A stretch of 64,000 nucleotides of DNA from a bacterium (GCA_963616935.1 CAVEMS010000001.1:33273-97272), one strand, 5' to 3'; counted from the stretch's first letter, positions 36,128-46,853 are shown. The notes: a model not told the origin generated them from the letters alone. Made by a program: numbers and translations.

Positions 36128-39088
36128 TTATTTCGTTACTTCGAAGGTGAAGGATTCGTAAGAAACGTTACCAGCGCTATCCATCGCTCTGATGCGTAGG
36201 GTATAGGTGCCTTCGTGCTGTGGCTTGAAGGCGTTATGGGTGCCAAGATAATAAGTCTGCCCATAACTTGTCTCCACATAGACGGAAACGATTGGGTTTT
36301 CGTCGATGTCGTCGGTGACGATGTAGGAAGGAACTCTAACCGTCTCTCCGACTTTGACGGAGGAAGGAATGGTTCCGGTGACGGTTATGATTGGCGCCGT
36401 CGCATCGTCGATGTTAATCGCGAAGATGAAATTCGTTTCGTTATCGCTTGAATCGAATGCGGAGTAAGTGGCGATGTATTGTCCGTATTCGGATATTTTG
36501 ATCTGATACTCAATGGTGGCGTCGACGGCGTTAAGAAGATTTCCGTTGACGTCTTTTGCGATATTGCCGTTTGGGTCTTTGACGGTTACGGTGCAAGAGA
36601 CATTCGGATCGAGGACGTCGCTAGCCGTTATCCTATTGATCGTCACATAGTCCCCATAAGCATAGCTTCCGCCGTAGTCGCCATGGATCGCGATCCTTGG
36701 TCCGCCATGGTCGCTAGTCGAATAGGAGATGCTTTGATTGTCGATTTTGGATAGTTTTAGTCCCGCCCCGGTTTTGGCGTTGATTAATTCCAAAGAAAGG
36801 TAGACTTTGCCAGAACTAAATCCGGTAAAAGACGCGCCATCATCGTAAGAACGAGCCTTAACGCCGGTGCCGTTGAAAGCGAAGAGGCCATCGGCATAGC
36901 TTACCGCCAAGGTGTTTTTCTTTAAGAAGCTCGACGAAGTGACATAGGCTTTGCCGTTGATTCCATAGGAAATCTCGCCTGAGGCGTTAGCGATCAAGGA
37001 AACGGTGAACTTTTCGTTTTCGTTTTCGCTATCGGTGAAGCTGATGTTTAGTTTCTTGAAGTCGAATCTTTCGAGGTCGGTCGATAGGGAAATAGAGGAG
37101 TTTTTGGCGATTATCGGGTTAACGAAATCGAAGGACGCATTGCCCTTTTTCGTCGCATAGAAACTGACATCGTTATCGCTGACATCGAAAGTCATGTTCT
37201 CGCCGACGAGATAGTTTTCGATGGCGAAACGATCGATTCCTTTTTTCCTGACGTAAGGATTGATCGTTTGGACTTTGTAAGTCTTCGTGATGTTCTTATA
37301 TGAATAGACGAATTGCAATTGTTCTTGTGAGGAGGAGATTTTCGGGACGAAGGAAGAGCCGCTTTCGGCATCGTATGGATAGATTCCGTTATCGACTCTG
37401 ACGTTCATCGAAACGGGCGTCCCGGTGCCGGAAGAATAGTCATAAATTACCGCTTTCGGCAAAGTATAGATGCCATCGGATATGTAGTACTTCGGGAATT
37501 TGGGTTCTTCGTATAGGACCGCTCCATCGTTGGAGGTGGCCGTGTATTCGTAAGCGTACTTAGATTCCTGGCCGATTACGTCCTTGGCGGTGAAGGCGAC
37601 CGAATAAGTTCCGAGTTCTTTTGGGATGAATCCGTTTTCGTCGCTTGGATAAACGACGCCGTCTTTCTTGACTTCGAAGGAGCCTTTGAGCTCGCCTGAC
37701 CCGCCCGTCATTTTGAATTTCGGGAACGAAAGGGGTTCGCCTTGCTTCCCGCTTGAAGCGATTTCGCCATCGGCTTCGATCGTTATCTTTTCGACGTTTT
37801 CGTCGGTAGTGACTACCACCGTTTTTGAGGAGATGTTTCCGGTTTTGTCTTTGGCTTCGTAGACAATGCCGTAGACGCCATCTTTTGCGACTTCAAAACG
37901 GCCGTCTTTCGCTTTGACGTTCACCATATTCACGGAACCGTAGTTGTAATATACGCGCGAAGTGACTTCGCACTCGCCATCCATATCGTCTTTCGCTTTG
38001 GCGGAATATATAGGGTAGGAGAAGCCTTTTTTGGCGCTAGGCAATTCGCCGGCTGGCAAATCGACGGTTATTTCCGGTCCCTCGTTATCGATGATGGTCT
38101 CGGTTGAGATGTCGTGCCCCAAAAGGTCGGTGATTAAGAAATTCGCGCTTGAGGAGCTATATCCGCGGGCATAGATGCTTAAGTTGACTAAGCTAGATTC
38201 GAAGCCATCCCATAAGGTACTGACGTACTTCGGATCGTCGAAATCGACCACAAAGATGTTGTTAACGTATAAAGCGTTCTCGTCTTTCTTGTATTTAAGG
38301 GTGATGACCGAACCATCTTCGCCTGGTTTTCTATCTGGATAATCCGGGGAATAGGAACCATAGAAACTATGGGTGATTGGAGTGCCGAAATCATCGTTGA
38401 TATGTATTTGGTTGAATTTCTTTTCGTATCCCGTGAGCAATTGATCGGGGCCCTTGGCCGCTATATAAGTCCAAGGAGCCGAAAGGCCTTCATTCGACGC
38501 TTTCGCGCGGACGGTCATAACGTTATCAGGGTTATCGGTTTCCGATAATGATATGTATAGTTCGTTGAAATCGATGACGCCGAGCATTGAAGGGGTGACG
38601 AATAGCTCGATGATATTGCCGTCTTTCGATAGATCGATTGGCTGTGATAAGGAAAGGGTTTCGCCTTCGGCCAAAGAGACATATAAGCCTTCTTTGTTGT
38701 ATGTTCTATCGCTTGTTTCGAATGAGGAGATCGATTTGGTGCCGCTAAAAGAGAGAAAGGGGCTTCTCACCAAGAAAGTCTCCGTCTCGGAATAGCATTT
38801 GCCATCCTTTTCAGCAGTGAAGTGAAGGGTATAGACGCCGACTTCCGATAAGATGACCTCCGATTGGTAATAGGAAACACCGCTTGGGAATTCGATTACG
38901 CAATCGTAAGTGATGCCGTCTTTCATTAGGGAAGGCAAAACGAAAGTCGAATTGAACTTGTACTCGTCCGCAATGCTTAATTCGGCCATTTTCGCTTTCG
39001 GAGAGGTCGCGAATGAAACGGAAGTCGATGCCGCGAAAGGCAGAATTAGAAGAGAAGGGACGACAAGCAAGCGTTTGGACTTTTTCAT
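36128..39088 (-). CDS. Large secreted protein (986 aa) with repeated Ig-like/beta-sandwich segments. Function unknown.
   Basis: Signal peptide MKKSKRLLVVPSLLILPFAASTSVSFA. Low-complexity beta-strand-rich repeats. Co-operonic with the sugar ABC genes. Confidence 0.65.
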   Translation of the reverse strand: MKKSKRLLVVPSLLILPFAASTSVSFATSPKAKMAELSIADEYKFNSTFVLPSLMKDGITYDCVIEFPSGVSYYQSEVILSEVGVYTLHFTAEKDGKCYSETETFLVRSPFLSFSGTKSISSFETSDRTYNKEGLYVSLAEGETLSLSQPIDLSKDGNIIELFVTPSMLGVIDFNELYISLSETDNPDNVMTVRAKASNEGLSAPWTYIAAKGPDQLLTGYEKKFNQIHINDDFGTPITHSFYGSYSPDYPDRKPGEDGSVITLKYKKDENALYVNNIFVVDFDDPKYVSTLWDGFESSLVNLSIYARGYSSSSANFLITDLLGHDISTETIIDNEGPEITVDLPAGELPSAKKGFSYPIYSAKAKDDMDGECEVTSRVYYNYGSVNMVNVKAKDGRFEVAKDGVYGIVYEAKDKTGNISSKTVVVTTDENVEKITIEADGEIASSGKQGEPLSFPKFKMTGGSGELKGSFEVKKDGVVYPSDENGFIPKELGTYSVAFTAKDVIGQESKYAYEYTATSNDGAVLYEEPKFPKYYISDGIYTLPKAVIYDYSSGTGTPVSMNVRVDNGIYPYDAESGSSFVPKISSSQEQLQFVYSYKNITKTYKVQTINPYVRKKGIDRFAIENYLVGENMTFDVSDNDVSFYATKKGNASFDFVNPIIAKNSSISLSTDLERFDFKKLNISFTDSENENEKFTVSLIANASGEISYGINGKAYVTSSSFLKKNTLAVSYADGLFAFNGTGVKARSYDDGASFTGFSSGKVYLSLELINAKTGAGLKLSKIDNQSISYSTSDHGGPRIAIHGDYGGSYAYGDYVTINRITASDVLDPNVSCTVTVKDPNGNIAKDVNGNLLNAVDATIEYQIKISEYGQYIATYSAFDSSDNETNFIFAINIDDATAPIITVTGTIPSSVKVGETVRVPSYIVTDDIDENPIVSVYVETSYGQTYYLGTHNAFKPQHEGTYTLRIRAMDSAGNVSYESFTFEVTK

Positions 39089-39089
39089 A

Positions 39090-39998
39090 TTATCCTTTGA
39101 TACCTCCCATGGTTAGGTTTCCAAGTAATTTCTTATGGAAAATTAAGAAGATGACTAGAACTGGCAGAAGCATTAAAGCGGCTGCGGCCATACGCGCTGG
39201 AGCGTTGGAAAGTTCGTTGATGTTAGAGAAAACCATACGATACATGCCGACGGCGATCGTTGGATAGCTGTCTAAATAGACGAGAGGAACTTGGTAATCG
39301 TTCCAGAAGGTGATGAAGTTGATGAGCATGACGGTGAAAAAGAGGGGTCGGACCATCGGCAGGATGATTTGAAGCAAGACCCTAAGATTACTTGCGCCGT
39401 CGATTCGAGCCGCTTCGATGTAAGCGTTAGGCAAGGAGCGGAAATAGTTATAGAAGACGATGAAGTAAAGACCTAAGAAATTGGCTTTGAGCAACCATAC
39501 GCCCCAAATTTGGTCATATAATCCGAAGCGTCTTGCCATCGCGATTTCGGCTGGCAAATTGCCGACTATCGGCAAAATCATCGTGATGACGACGATTAAG
39601 TAGATGATTTTTGAGAACTTGTAGTCGAATTTGGCGCATAGATAACTCGTGATGCAGGGGACGATGGTCGCGAAGAACGCACATCCTAAAGCGTATAAGA
39701 AACCATATAGGAATAATTGAGGCAGCATCACGTATTCGACGCCGCTTGCCGTTTGAATTTCGATGTAGAAGAGGTTATAGACGTTCTCAAAATTGGTGAG
39801 CACCCATTCTTTTGGTAGTCCGACCGGATTGATGGCGAAATCGGTGTTCGGCGCTTTGAAAGCGGTCATCAAAGCCCAGATCAAAAGAGTCAAGATCGCT
39901 AAAGAATAGAGAATCAAAAAGATAACGATGATGATTGATAAAGGCGAGATTTTCTCGCGTTTCTTGGCAACTGGCCGATGAAAGACGTTCATTCTCAT
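39090..39998 (-). CDS. Carbohydrate ABC transporter permease (MalG-like)
   Basis: Six TM helices and the EAA motif (IEAARIDGASNLRVLLQIILP). Confidence 0.85.
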   Translation of the reverse strand: MRMNVFHRPVAKKREKISPLSIIIVIFLILYSLAILTLLIWALMTAFKAPNTDFAINPVGLPKEWVLTNFENVYNLFYIEIQTASGVEYVMLPQLFLYGFLYALGCAFFATIVPCITSYLCAKFDYKFSKIIYLIVVITMILPIVGNLPAEIAMARRFGLYDQIWGVWLLKANFLGLYFIVFYNYFRSLPNAYIEAARIDGASNLRVLLQIILPMVRPLFFTVMLINFITFWNDYQVPLVYLDSYPTIAVGMYRMVFSNINELSNAPARMAAAALMLLPVLVIFLIFHKKLLGNLTMGGIKG

Positions 39999-40001
39999 TC
40001 T

Positions 40002-40892
40002 TTAATCCTCCGATGGTCCGAATCTCTCTAGCAACCGTTTGGTGATTAAGGTCAAAGGAACGGCAATTATGGTAAGAAGGAGCCCGATTGCGCAGATATA
40101 AGGATATTCGGATTCGTTGATACCGGCGTTGATGGTCAAGCTATATAGATGATAGCCGTATGTTTGGACGGCCTCTGGGGCCGTTGTGCCATAAAAAGAG
40201 AAAAGGTTCATCTGATTGGTGAAGATGGAAGCGACGCTTGTGATGGCAAAAGTCGTTATCGTCGGATAAATGCCTGGCAAAACAATATGGATGAATTCTT
40301 GCCAAGCGTTGCATCCGTCGATTTTGGCCGCTTCGATAACGTCGGTTGATAAGCCGCTCATCGCATTGCTATACATCAAGACGTTAGTGCCAAAACTCAC
40401 CAATATGTTATAGAAGATGATCGCCCAGAAACGGGTTTTTGGATCGGAGATTAAGCCTCCGATTGAGTAACCGAAGATTTCCGGCATCGCCGACTCGACG
40501 AAATATTGGTAAATCGTGACCATGACGATGGCCGAAAGGATCGAAGGCATGAAAAGCATGACCTTGAAGAAAGATCCCATCGGCAACTTCTTATAGATGA
40601 AATAAGAGAACAACAAAGCGAATATCGTTCCTATCGAGTAAGTTAATAAGAAATATAGGAAAGACATCCCGAAAGTCGTTAGCAGTGTCGGTTCCGTCAT
40701 CTTTTGGAAGGCGTTCGATAAGGCGTCTATTGACCAAGTCGCCGTCCCGCTTGTCATATCGATCTTTTGGAAGGCGTAGAGAAAGCTTCTAGCATTAACC
40801 CCGATATAGAAGATGGCGAATTGGGCGACGGGGAAAAGCATCATCAGAACATAGAATAAGAAGTTTCCGTCAAATAGCTTCTTCTTTTTCAT
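40002..40892 (-). CDS. Carbohydrate ABC transporter permease (MalF-like)
   Basis: EAA motif (IEAAKIDGCNAWQEFIHIVLP), six TM helices. Confidence 0.85.
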   Translation of the reverse strand: MKKKKLFDGNFLFYVLMMLFPVAQFAIFYIGVNARSFLYAFQKIDMTSGTATWSIDALSNAFQKMTEPTLLTTFGMSFLYFLLTYSIGTIFALLFSYFIYKKLPMGSFFKVMLFMPSILSAIVMVTIYQYFVESAMPEIFGYSIGGLISDPKTRFWAIIFYNILVSFGTNVLMYSNAMSGLSTDVIEAAKIDGCNAWQEFIHIVLPGIYPTITTFAITSVASIFTNQMNLFSFYGTTAPEAVQTYGYHLYSLTINAGINESEYPYICAIGLLLTIIAVPLTLITKRLLERFGPSED

Positions 40893-40927
40893 AATGGTTC
40901 CTGTTGGCCTTCTTATGACTATAAGAA

Positions 40928-42610
40928 TTAATGGTTATAGTGGCTCCACTCGTTTTTATAGTAGGTGTACATGCCAGAGAAATAATCCTCGGCTGAGTAT
41001 CCTTCGTCGGTCAAACCGGTTACGACCCACTGGTTCGTTTTGCCGTTGATAGTCGTTTCATATTGGAAATTCGGATGGAATTTCTTCTGATTGTTGGCGA
41101 AGAAGGAATTATTCGCACAAGGATAGATGATGTCGCTATTCGCCTTTCTCTCGTATAAGGAACGACCATAGTATGTCATTTGATTCAGATCGTTTTCTGT
41201 CATCGTGTAATTGAGGGCTTTCGGAGTGTTCGTAGTGATGGTGTATTCAACCAAAGAGGTGTCGGTGTTACAGAATTTGATGAATTCTTTGACGATGCTC
41301 TTCTTATATTCTTCGACGTTGGCCTTCATGAAGCAGAAAGAATAAAGATGGTCATAAAGGGTCGTTTTCTTGGTTGAATCCGCTTTTTCCTTGGTTGGTT
41401 GCGGAAGAGGCATGAAAGCGAAGCGGCGGTTCTTCATCGAAGCTGATTCGCTCTTGGACGATTCCATTTCCTCGAAAATGCCTTTGGCTTCGTTTTGCCA
41501 CCAGCAGCCATCGCTAAGCATGGCATATTGCGGGGTGCTTTCGTCATAGCCGCCATAAAGGAAATCCCTTTGGGCATCGGTATGCGAATAAGCGGTGGTC
41601 ATTTTCGTCTTGTTGTAATAACTATCGTTTTCGACGATGGTTTTGAGGAATTTGATGCCGTAATATTTTCCGGCCATACGGGAAACTTCATATCCGTTTT
41701 CTTCCGTCAATGTCGTTGGGGCGCTATCTATCACCAATTCGCCGTTTTTGATGGTTGCCAAAGTGTTAACTTCGCCATCGCAAGTGAAGACCTTGCTCAT
41801 TTCTTCTTTGCCTTCGTAATTGGCGGCGAGGGAATTGACCAATAAGTTCAAATAATCGTTTTTGTTTTTGCCGTTCGATAAGAAGGGAACGCAGTCGCTT
41901 TTGGCGATGTAGTTGCATAAGTCGAAGAATTCGTCATAAGTTGTCGGCAATCCGTCGTCGCTAGTTCCCGAAACACCGTCTGGACCGTCGGACTTTTTGA
42001 TGTTCGTTTTGCTGATGAATTTATCGGCTAGGTAAGTCGTTCCGCTTGGGTTCTTCGCAAAATAGAAACCTTTTTTGTCGAATAAATCGACGTTATAGGT
42101 GATTCCGAAATATCCAGAGTAATGCGGCAATGCGTAATAATGTTTTTCGCCGTTCTCTTCGATTCCATAGAAGGATTTTTGCGAATCGTCCATCTTATCG
42201 AGGATCGATTTGTCTTCGCCGTCGAGCTTATCGGTGACGACATCGGTGATATCGGCCAAGATTCCTTCGTTCTTAAGGCTGAAGTAAGACGATTGCTCGG
42301 TGAAGATGACTTCGTCCCTGTTCGTCAATATCTTGTTAGCGGACGCATCGGCGGTGTCCTTATTGTTATTGATATAGATTTGAACGCCTTTCTTGCCTTC
42401 TTCCAAAACGTCGTCTTTATGCGCTTCCTCAAAGCGGTCTTTAATTTTGGATAGCCACTCCGATCCGTATCCTCCGTCATAATTCCTGACGTAAATCTGC
42501 GTCTTTGATGCGTCGATTTTCTCGACATTCGGAGGAGTGGTGGTTTTGCAGCCGACCACGGCAAAGCTCAAAGCGCTTGAGGCTAAGAGCAGAACGTTTT
42601 GTTTTCTCAT
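40928..42610 (-). CDS. Extracellular solute-binding lipoprotein (family-1 sugar ABC binding protein)
   Basis: Lipobox LLLASSALSFAVVGCKT, 560 aa. First gene of the operon, adjacent to the permeases. Confidence 0.75.
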   Translation of the reverse strand: MRKQNVLLLASSALSFAVVGCKTTTPPNVEKIDASKTQIYVRNYDGGYGSEWLSKIKDRFEEAHKDDVLEEGKKGVQIYINNNKDTADASANKILTNRDEVIFTEQSSYFSLKNEGILADITDVVTDKLDGEDKSILDKMDDSQKSFYGIEENGEKHYYALPHYSGYFGITYNVDLFDKKGFYFAKNPSGTTYLADKFISKTNIKKSDGPDGVSGTSDDGLPTTYDEFFDLCNYIAKSDCVPFLSNGKNKNDYLNLLVNSLAANYEGKEEMSKVFTCDGEVNTLATIKNGELVIDSAPTTLTEENGYEVSRMAGKYYGIKFLKTIVENDSYYNKTKMTTAYSHTDAQRDFLYGGYDESTPQYAMLSDGCWWQNEAKGIFEEMESSKSESASMKNRRFAFMPLPQPTKEKADSTKKTTLYDHLYSFCFMKANVEEYKKSIVKEFIKFCNTDTSLVEYTITTNTPKALNYTMTENDLNQMTYYGRSLYERKANSDIIYPCANNSFFANNQKKFHPNFQYETTINGKTNQWVVTGLTDEGYSAEDYFSGMYTYYKNEWSHYNH

Positions 42611-42801
42611 TTGGTTATCTCCTTTTGGCTTTTCGTCATCCCGACTCTAGAAAGCGCTTACTTTCGCGTTAGGCTTGAAACGCGTTTTTCGTTCAATGCG
42701 TTTTATTATCTTTTTTCTGCCTAAAGAATCGGTAGATGGACTACACATAAAAATGTTATTTTTTTCGGTCGTTTTCGGTTATACGCAATCCATTTAGATA
42801 A

Positions 42802-43143
42802 ATGCTTTTTTTAATCATTGGAATCGCTTTGTTCGTTGCACAGCCTTTATATCTCTTGTCTTACATAATCACGATGTTGACTTCCTATTCGTCCGTCAAA
42901 CTTGGCATCGGCGCCATACTTTTCTTTGTCGCCGCCGTCTTGACCATCGTCTCGGTTGTTCTTCATTCGATCGTTTCGCTCATCAACAAAACGGTTGAAG
43001 ACGAAGAGGCCGTTGAGAAACGCATCAACGTTTTGAAGGTGTATAAGGAATACAAAGACGAGGACATCATCACCGAAGAGGAGTTCCAGATGAAAAAGAA
43101 CGAAATCTTAGGTCTTTGTGTCAAAAAAGAAGAAAAGAAATAA
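42802..43143 (+). CDS. Small membrane protein with a C-terminal SHOCT-like motif
   Basis: Two TM helices, then DIITEEEFQMKKNEILGL (SHOCT-like). Confidence 0.45.
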   Translation: MLFLIIGIALFVAQPLYLLSYIITMLTSYSSVKLGIGAILFFVAAVLTIVSVVLHSIVSLINKTVEDEEAVEKRINVLKVYKEYKDEDIITEEEFQMKKNEILGLCVKKEEKK

Positions 43144-43165
43144 TCGTTTTAAGACATTTATTATT

Positions 43166-43190
43166 AGGCGGTCGTTTGGCCGCCTTTTTT
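43166..43190 (+). terminator. Rho-independent terminator
   Basis: AGGCGG-TCGTTTGG-CCGCCT followed by TTTTTT. Confidence 0.55.
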
Positions 43191-43388
43191 GATGATACAG
43201 GTGGATTTTGCAGGCTTTTTTTGATTTTTTTTCTAATGGATCGCCATGAAACGCCGTTATTTCACTATGCGGATTGCCGAGCTTGGATTGCCGCTTTCTC
43301 AAATTTTGAATTATTGATATGACGAAAAAACGATAAAAATTTATTTTTATGGGTACTCTAAAACCTCGAATGTTGCTAATATGTTCGA

Positions 43389-44483
43389 GTGAATAAAAAC
43401 GACAAGAAAAAACATCAGAGTAACAAAGGGTTAATAGACCCCTCCAAAGTCAAGACGTTCATCGTTCATCACGAATGCGAATTGCTCGCTTTTTTACGTG
43501 AGAAGATGCCTAAGCAATCGCAACATAACATTCGCCATATGATCGCCAATCATCAAGTGGCCGTCGGTGGGGCCCCGGTCTCCCTTTTCAAAGCGCCTCT
43601 TTACCCCGAGGACGAAGTCACCGTCACCTGGAACCCGATAAGAAGGAAGGAAAGGAAAGACCTTCCGATTGTCTATGAAGACGACGACATAATCGCTATC
43701 AATAAGCCGAGCGGACTATTAAGCGTGGCCACGGAAAGGGAGAAAGGCAAGACGGCATATCGCCTAGTTAGTGATTACGTCACCCAAAAAGATAGGAACA
43801 ACCGAATCTTCGTCGTCCATCGTTTGGACGAGGACACTTCTGGCGTCCTTATCTTCGCCAAAAGTTACGCGGTGAAGGAAGCCCTTCAATTACATTGGCA
43901 GGAGATTGTCTCCAAACGCGGCTATTATGCGATAGTTGAAGGGGAGGATATCCCTGAACAAGGACGACTCGAGGATTACCTTACAATCGATGATACATAT
44001 ACGGTCCACGTGACGAGGAATAAGAAATTAGGGAAGCTTGCGATCACGAATTATCGCAAAATCGCCTGCAAAAACGGCTTATCCCTCCTCGATGTCGATA
44101 TCGAAACCGGAAGAAAGAACCAAATAAGGGCACAACTCGGGCATATTGGATATTATGTAATCGGAGATGACCGTTATGGCGAGCCGTCCGATCCATTAAA
44201 AAGACTTGGGTTACACGCCTATCAATTGACTTTTGTCAATCCGATGAGCAAAAAGAGCTACGACCTCAAGGCCGATATCCCAGAATCTTTCAAAAGACTC
44301 TTTTGGCGAACGCGAAAGCAAGAAGCCGAAGAGAAGCTCAAGAAAGAGGAAAAACGAGCGATGAAATCGTTCGATAAGGCCTATAACAGTGAGAAACCGC
44401 TGAGAAAGAGAAAAAATAGAAGCGATAAGGGAGGGAAGAGAGCATGGCAGAAGAAAAAAGCAAAACAAAACACCCGCTACTAA
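43389..44483 (+). CDS. RluA-family 23S rRNA pseudouridine synthase with N-terminal S4-like domain and basic C-terminal tail
   Basis: Catalytic motif HRLDEDTSGVLIFAK. The start is a GTG at 43389 with no good RBS and is uncertain. Confidence 0.7.
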   Translation: MNKNDKKKHQSNKGLIDPSKVKTFIVHHECELLAFLREKMPKQSQHNIRHMIANHQVAVGGAPVSLFKAPLYPEDEVTVTWNPIRRKERKDLPIVYEDDDIIAINKPSGLLSVATEREKGKTAYRLVSDYVTQKDRNNRIFVVHRLDEDTSGVLIFAKSYAVKEALQLHWQEIVSKRGYYAIVEGEDIPEQGRLEDYLTIDDTYTVHVTRNKKLGKLAITNYRKIACKNGLSLLDVDIETGRKNQIRAQLGHIGYYVIGDDRYGEPSDPLKRLGLHAYQLTFVNPMSKKSYDLKADIPESFKRLFWRTRKQEAEEKLKKEEKRAMKSFDKAYNSEKPLRKRKNRSDKGGKRAWQKKKAKQNTRY

Positions 44484-44491
44484 AAGAATTC

Positions 44492-46063
44492 ATGAAGAAA
44501 TTGGCCGAGAATTTCTTGGCCGTTTTGCCGATTTTCGCGATTGTTACCGTGTTATTCTGTATCCCAGGCATCGTCAATAATGAAACGTCGAAATGGGAAA
44601 GCTATGTCGCTTTTGTGATAAGCGCCGTCTTTGTCGGGCTCGGATTAAGTCTCTTCACGATGGGCGTCGATGAGTCGATGTCGAGAATCGGCCAAGCGGT
44701 CGGCGAGTCGCTATTCAAGAAAAAGAATATCTTCTTCGTCGTCGTGATGACTTTCATGATTGGCGTTTTGGTAACCGTGGCCGAACCTGATTTGAGCGTC
44801 ATGGCTAGTCAAATCGGATGGGAGAAGATCACGCTCATAGCATTTGTTGGCATCGGCGTCGGTTTGTTCGTCGTCTTTGGGGTTCTTCGCATTTTGTTTG
44901 GGAAAGACCTTCGCATAATGTTCATTTGCTTCTATGCGATCGTCTTCATGCTCGCAAGCATCGTCGATAAGAGGTTCTTGCCAATCGCCTTCGACTCGGG
45001 AGGCGTTACGACGGGTCCTGTCACCGTTCCGTTTATCCTTGCTTTTGGCGCCGGTTTGGCCGCTTCAAAAGCCAATAACGGCAGAAGCGGCGAAGACGCC
45101 TTCGGCTTGACGGCCCTTGCTTCTGTAGGGCCGATTATCGCCGTCATGGTCATGTCTTTGTTCATGGACGTCGACAACATGGTTTATACCCTCGATATCA
45201 GCCCGCTAGAAAGTTTGGGAGGCTGGGGCGATTTCGCGCCGGTTTTCTTCTCTCTTATTGGCGAGTATCTGCTTGAAGAACTTAAAAACGTCGCGATTGC
45301 GATCGCTCCAATTGCCGCCTTCTTCTTCATCTACAATCTCTTCGTTCTCAAATATCGTTGGCGGCAAACGCTCAAGATATACGTCAATTTGCTATATGCA
45401 TCATTCGGTTTAGTCCTCTTTTTAACGGCCGTTAATGTCGGATTCTTGCCAACGGCTCAGGAAATTGGCAGAGGCCTTGGTGATAATCAAAGCCTTACTT
45501 GGCTAGCGATTCTTATCGGCGGTTTATTTGGCATTTTCGGCGTCATTGCCGAACCTGCCGTTCACGTCTTGGTTCACCAAGTCGAAAGCGTTTCCGAAGG
45601 CACGATATCTTCGAAATCTGTTCTCGTCGTTTTGGCGTTAGCTGTCGGAGGCGGCGTTGCTTTGGCGGTGACTAGGGCCTATTTCGGATTCACGATTCTT
45701 TATTATATGATCCCTGGCTACATAATCGCTTTAGGGCTATCTTTCCTGGTTCCTAAGATATTTACTTCCATCGCCTTTGATTCGGGCGGTGTCGCTTCTG
45801 GCCCAATGGCTTCGACTTTCGTTATGCCGTTTGTCGTCGGATTCACGGTCGCCACCCATGGTGAAAGCGCGGTTTATGAAAATGCATTCGGATGCGTGGC
45901 GATGATCGCCTTGATGCCTTTGATCGTCGTTCAAATGATGGGTTTAACGGCCAAGATGAAGACGGGAATCTCAAATTTCCGCACCCGCAAGGCCTTTATG
46001 GGTGAGGACGATCCGGTGATCATCAATTTTTTGGAGGAGAAGCATGAAGTGGAATCCCTTTAA
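44492..46063 (+). CDS. DUF1538-family integral membrane protein (internal duplication)
   Basis: Two copies of the FDSGGV(T/A)(T/S)GP(V/M) motif within polytopic halves. ATG at 44492 avoids overlap with rluA. Confidence 0.65.
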   Translation: MKKLAENFLAVLPIFAIVTVLFCIPGIVNNETSKWESYVAFVISAVFVGLGLSLFTMGVDESMSRIGQAVGESLFKKKNIFFVVVMTFMIGVLVTVAEPDLSVMASQIGWEKITLIAFVGIGVGLFVVFGVLRILFGKDLRIMFICFYAIVFMLASIVDKRFLPIAFDSGGVTTGPVTVPFILAFGAGLAASKANNGRSGEDAFGLTALASVGPIIAVMVMSLFMDVDNMVYTLDISPLESLGGWGDFAPVFFSLIGEYLLEELKNVAIAIAPIAAFFFIYNLFVLKYRWRQTLKIYVNLLYASFGLVLFLTAVNVGFLPTAQEIGRGLGDNQSLTWLAILIGGLFGIFGVIAEPAVHVLVHQVESVSEGTISSKSVLVVLALAVGGGVALAVTRAYFGFTILYYMIPGYIIALGLSFLVPKIFTSIAFDSGGVASGPMASTFVMPFVVGFTVATHGESAVYENAFGCVAMIALMPLIVVQMMGLTAKMKTGISNFRTRKAFMGEDDPVIINFLEEKHEVESL

Positions 46064-46853
46064 AAAGAAGACCCTTAAGAGGGAAAGCGTCAATCATGAT
46101 GCCGGTAGCGCAAGTTACGTGCCTCTTTATTTGCTGCTTACGATCGTGAACGACGGACAGGCGAGTAGCATTGTCAAAATCGCCAGGAATTATGGCGCTT
46201 CGGCAAGCTACGTTTGCCATGGTCATGGCACGGCGAGCAACGATTTCTATGAAGTCTTCGGTCTCACCCATAGCAATAAGCAAGTCGTTTTGACGCCAAT
46301 CAGATCCGATATGTACCCCAACATCAGGGAAGCGACTTTGAACCGCTTTTCGATCAACGATGCCTCAAAAGGCGTCGCCGCGCTTCTTCCCATATCGAGC
46401 GTCATCGGGAAGAACGCCTATAGATTGCTAGCCGACGAAAGAGTCGGATTGGACGCGGAAGGAGCGAAGAAACTTATGGAAAACGTACCAATGAAAGGCG
46501 ATTTCGAACTTGTGGTCGCTATCGTCAACGATAGTTACACCGACTTAGTCATGGATGCCGCCAAATCGGCCGGGGCCAGAGGAGGAACGATCCTTAATGC
46601 CAGAGGCACCGGAAACAAGGACATTGAGAACTTCTTTGGCGTCGTGATAACCCCGGAAAAGCAAATCGTCTTGATCATCGTTCCGAAGAAAATCCGCGAT
46701 GATGTTCTTTCCGCCATCTATAAGAATGTCGGGCTCAATTCCAAAGGGCAAGGCATCGTCTTCTCTTTGCCGGCTAGCGACGTCCTAGGCGTCGCCGAAG
46801 AACGGCCCGCCGAGGCGAATGAAGAATCAAACGCCGCAAAGGAAAGCAAGTAA
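46044..46853 (+). CDS. Tandem PII-like (nitrogen regulatory protein P-II family) protein
   Basis: Two PII-like modules (…SIVKIARNYGASASYVCHGHGTA… and …LVMDAAKSAGARGGTILNARGTGNKD…). Overlaps the 3' end of the DUF1538 gene. Confidence 0.6.
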   Translation: MKWNPFKKKTLKRESVNHDAGSASYVPLYLLLTIVNDGQASSIVKIARNYGASASYVCHGHGTASNDFYEVFGLTHSNKQVVLTPIRSDMYPNIREATLNRFSINDASKGVAALLPISSVIGKNAYRLLADERVGLDAEGAKKLMENVPMKGDFELVVAIVNDSYTDLVMDAAKSAGARGGTILNARGTGNKDIENFFGVVITPEKQIVLIIVPKKIRDDVLSAIYKNVGLNSKGQGIVFSLPASDVLGVAEERPAEANEESNAAKESK

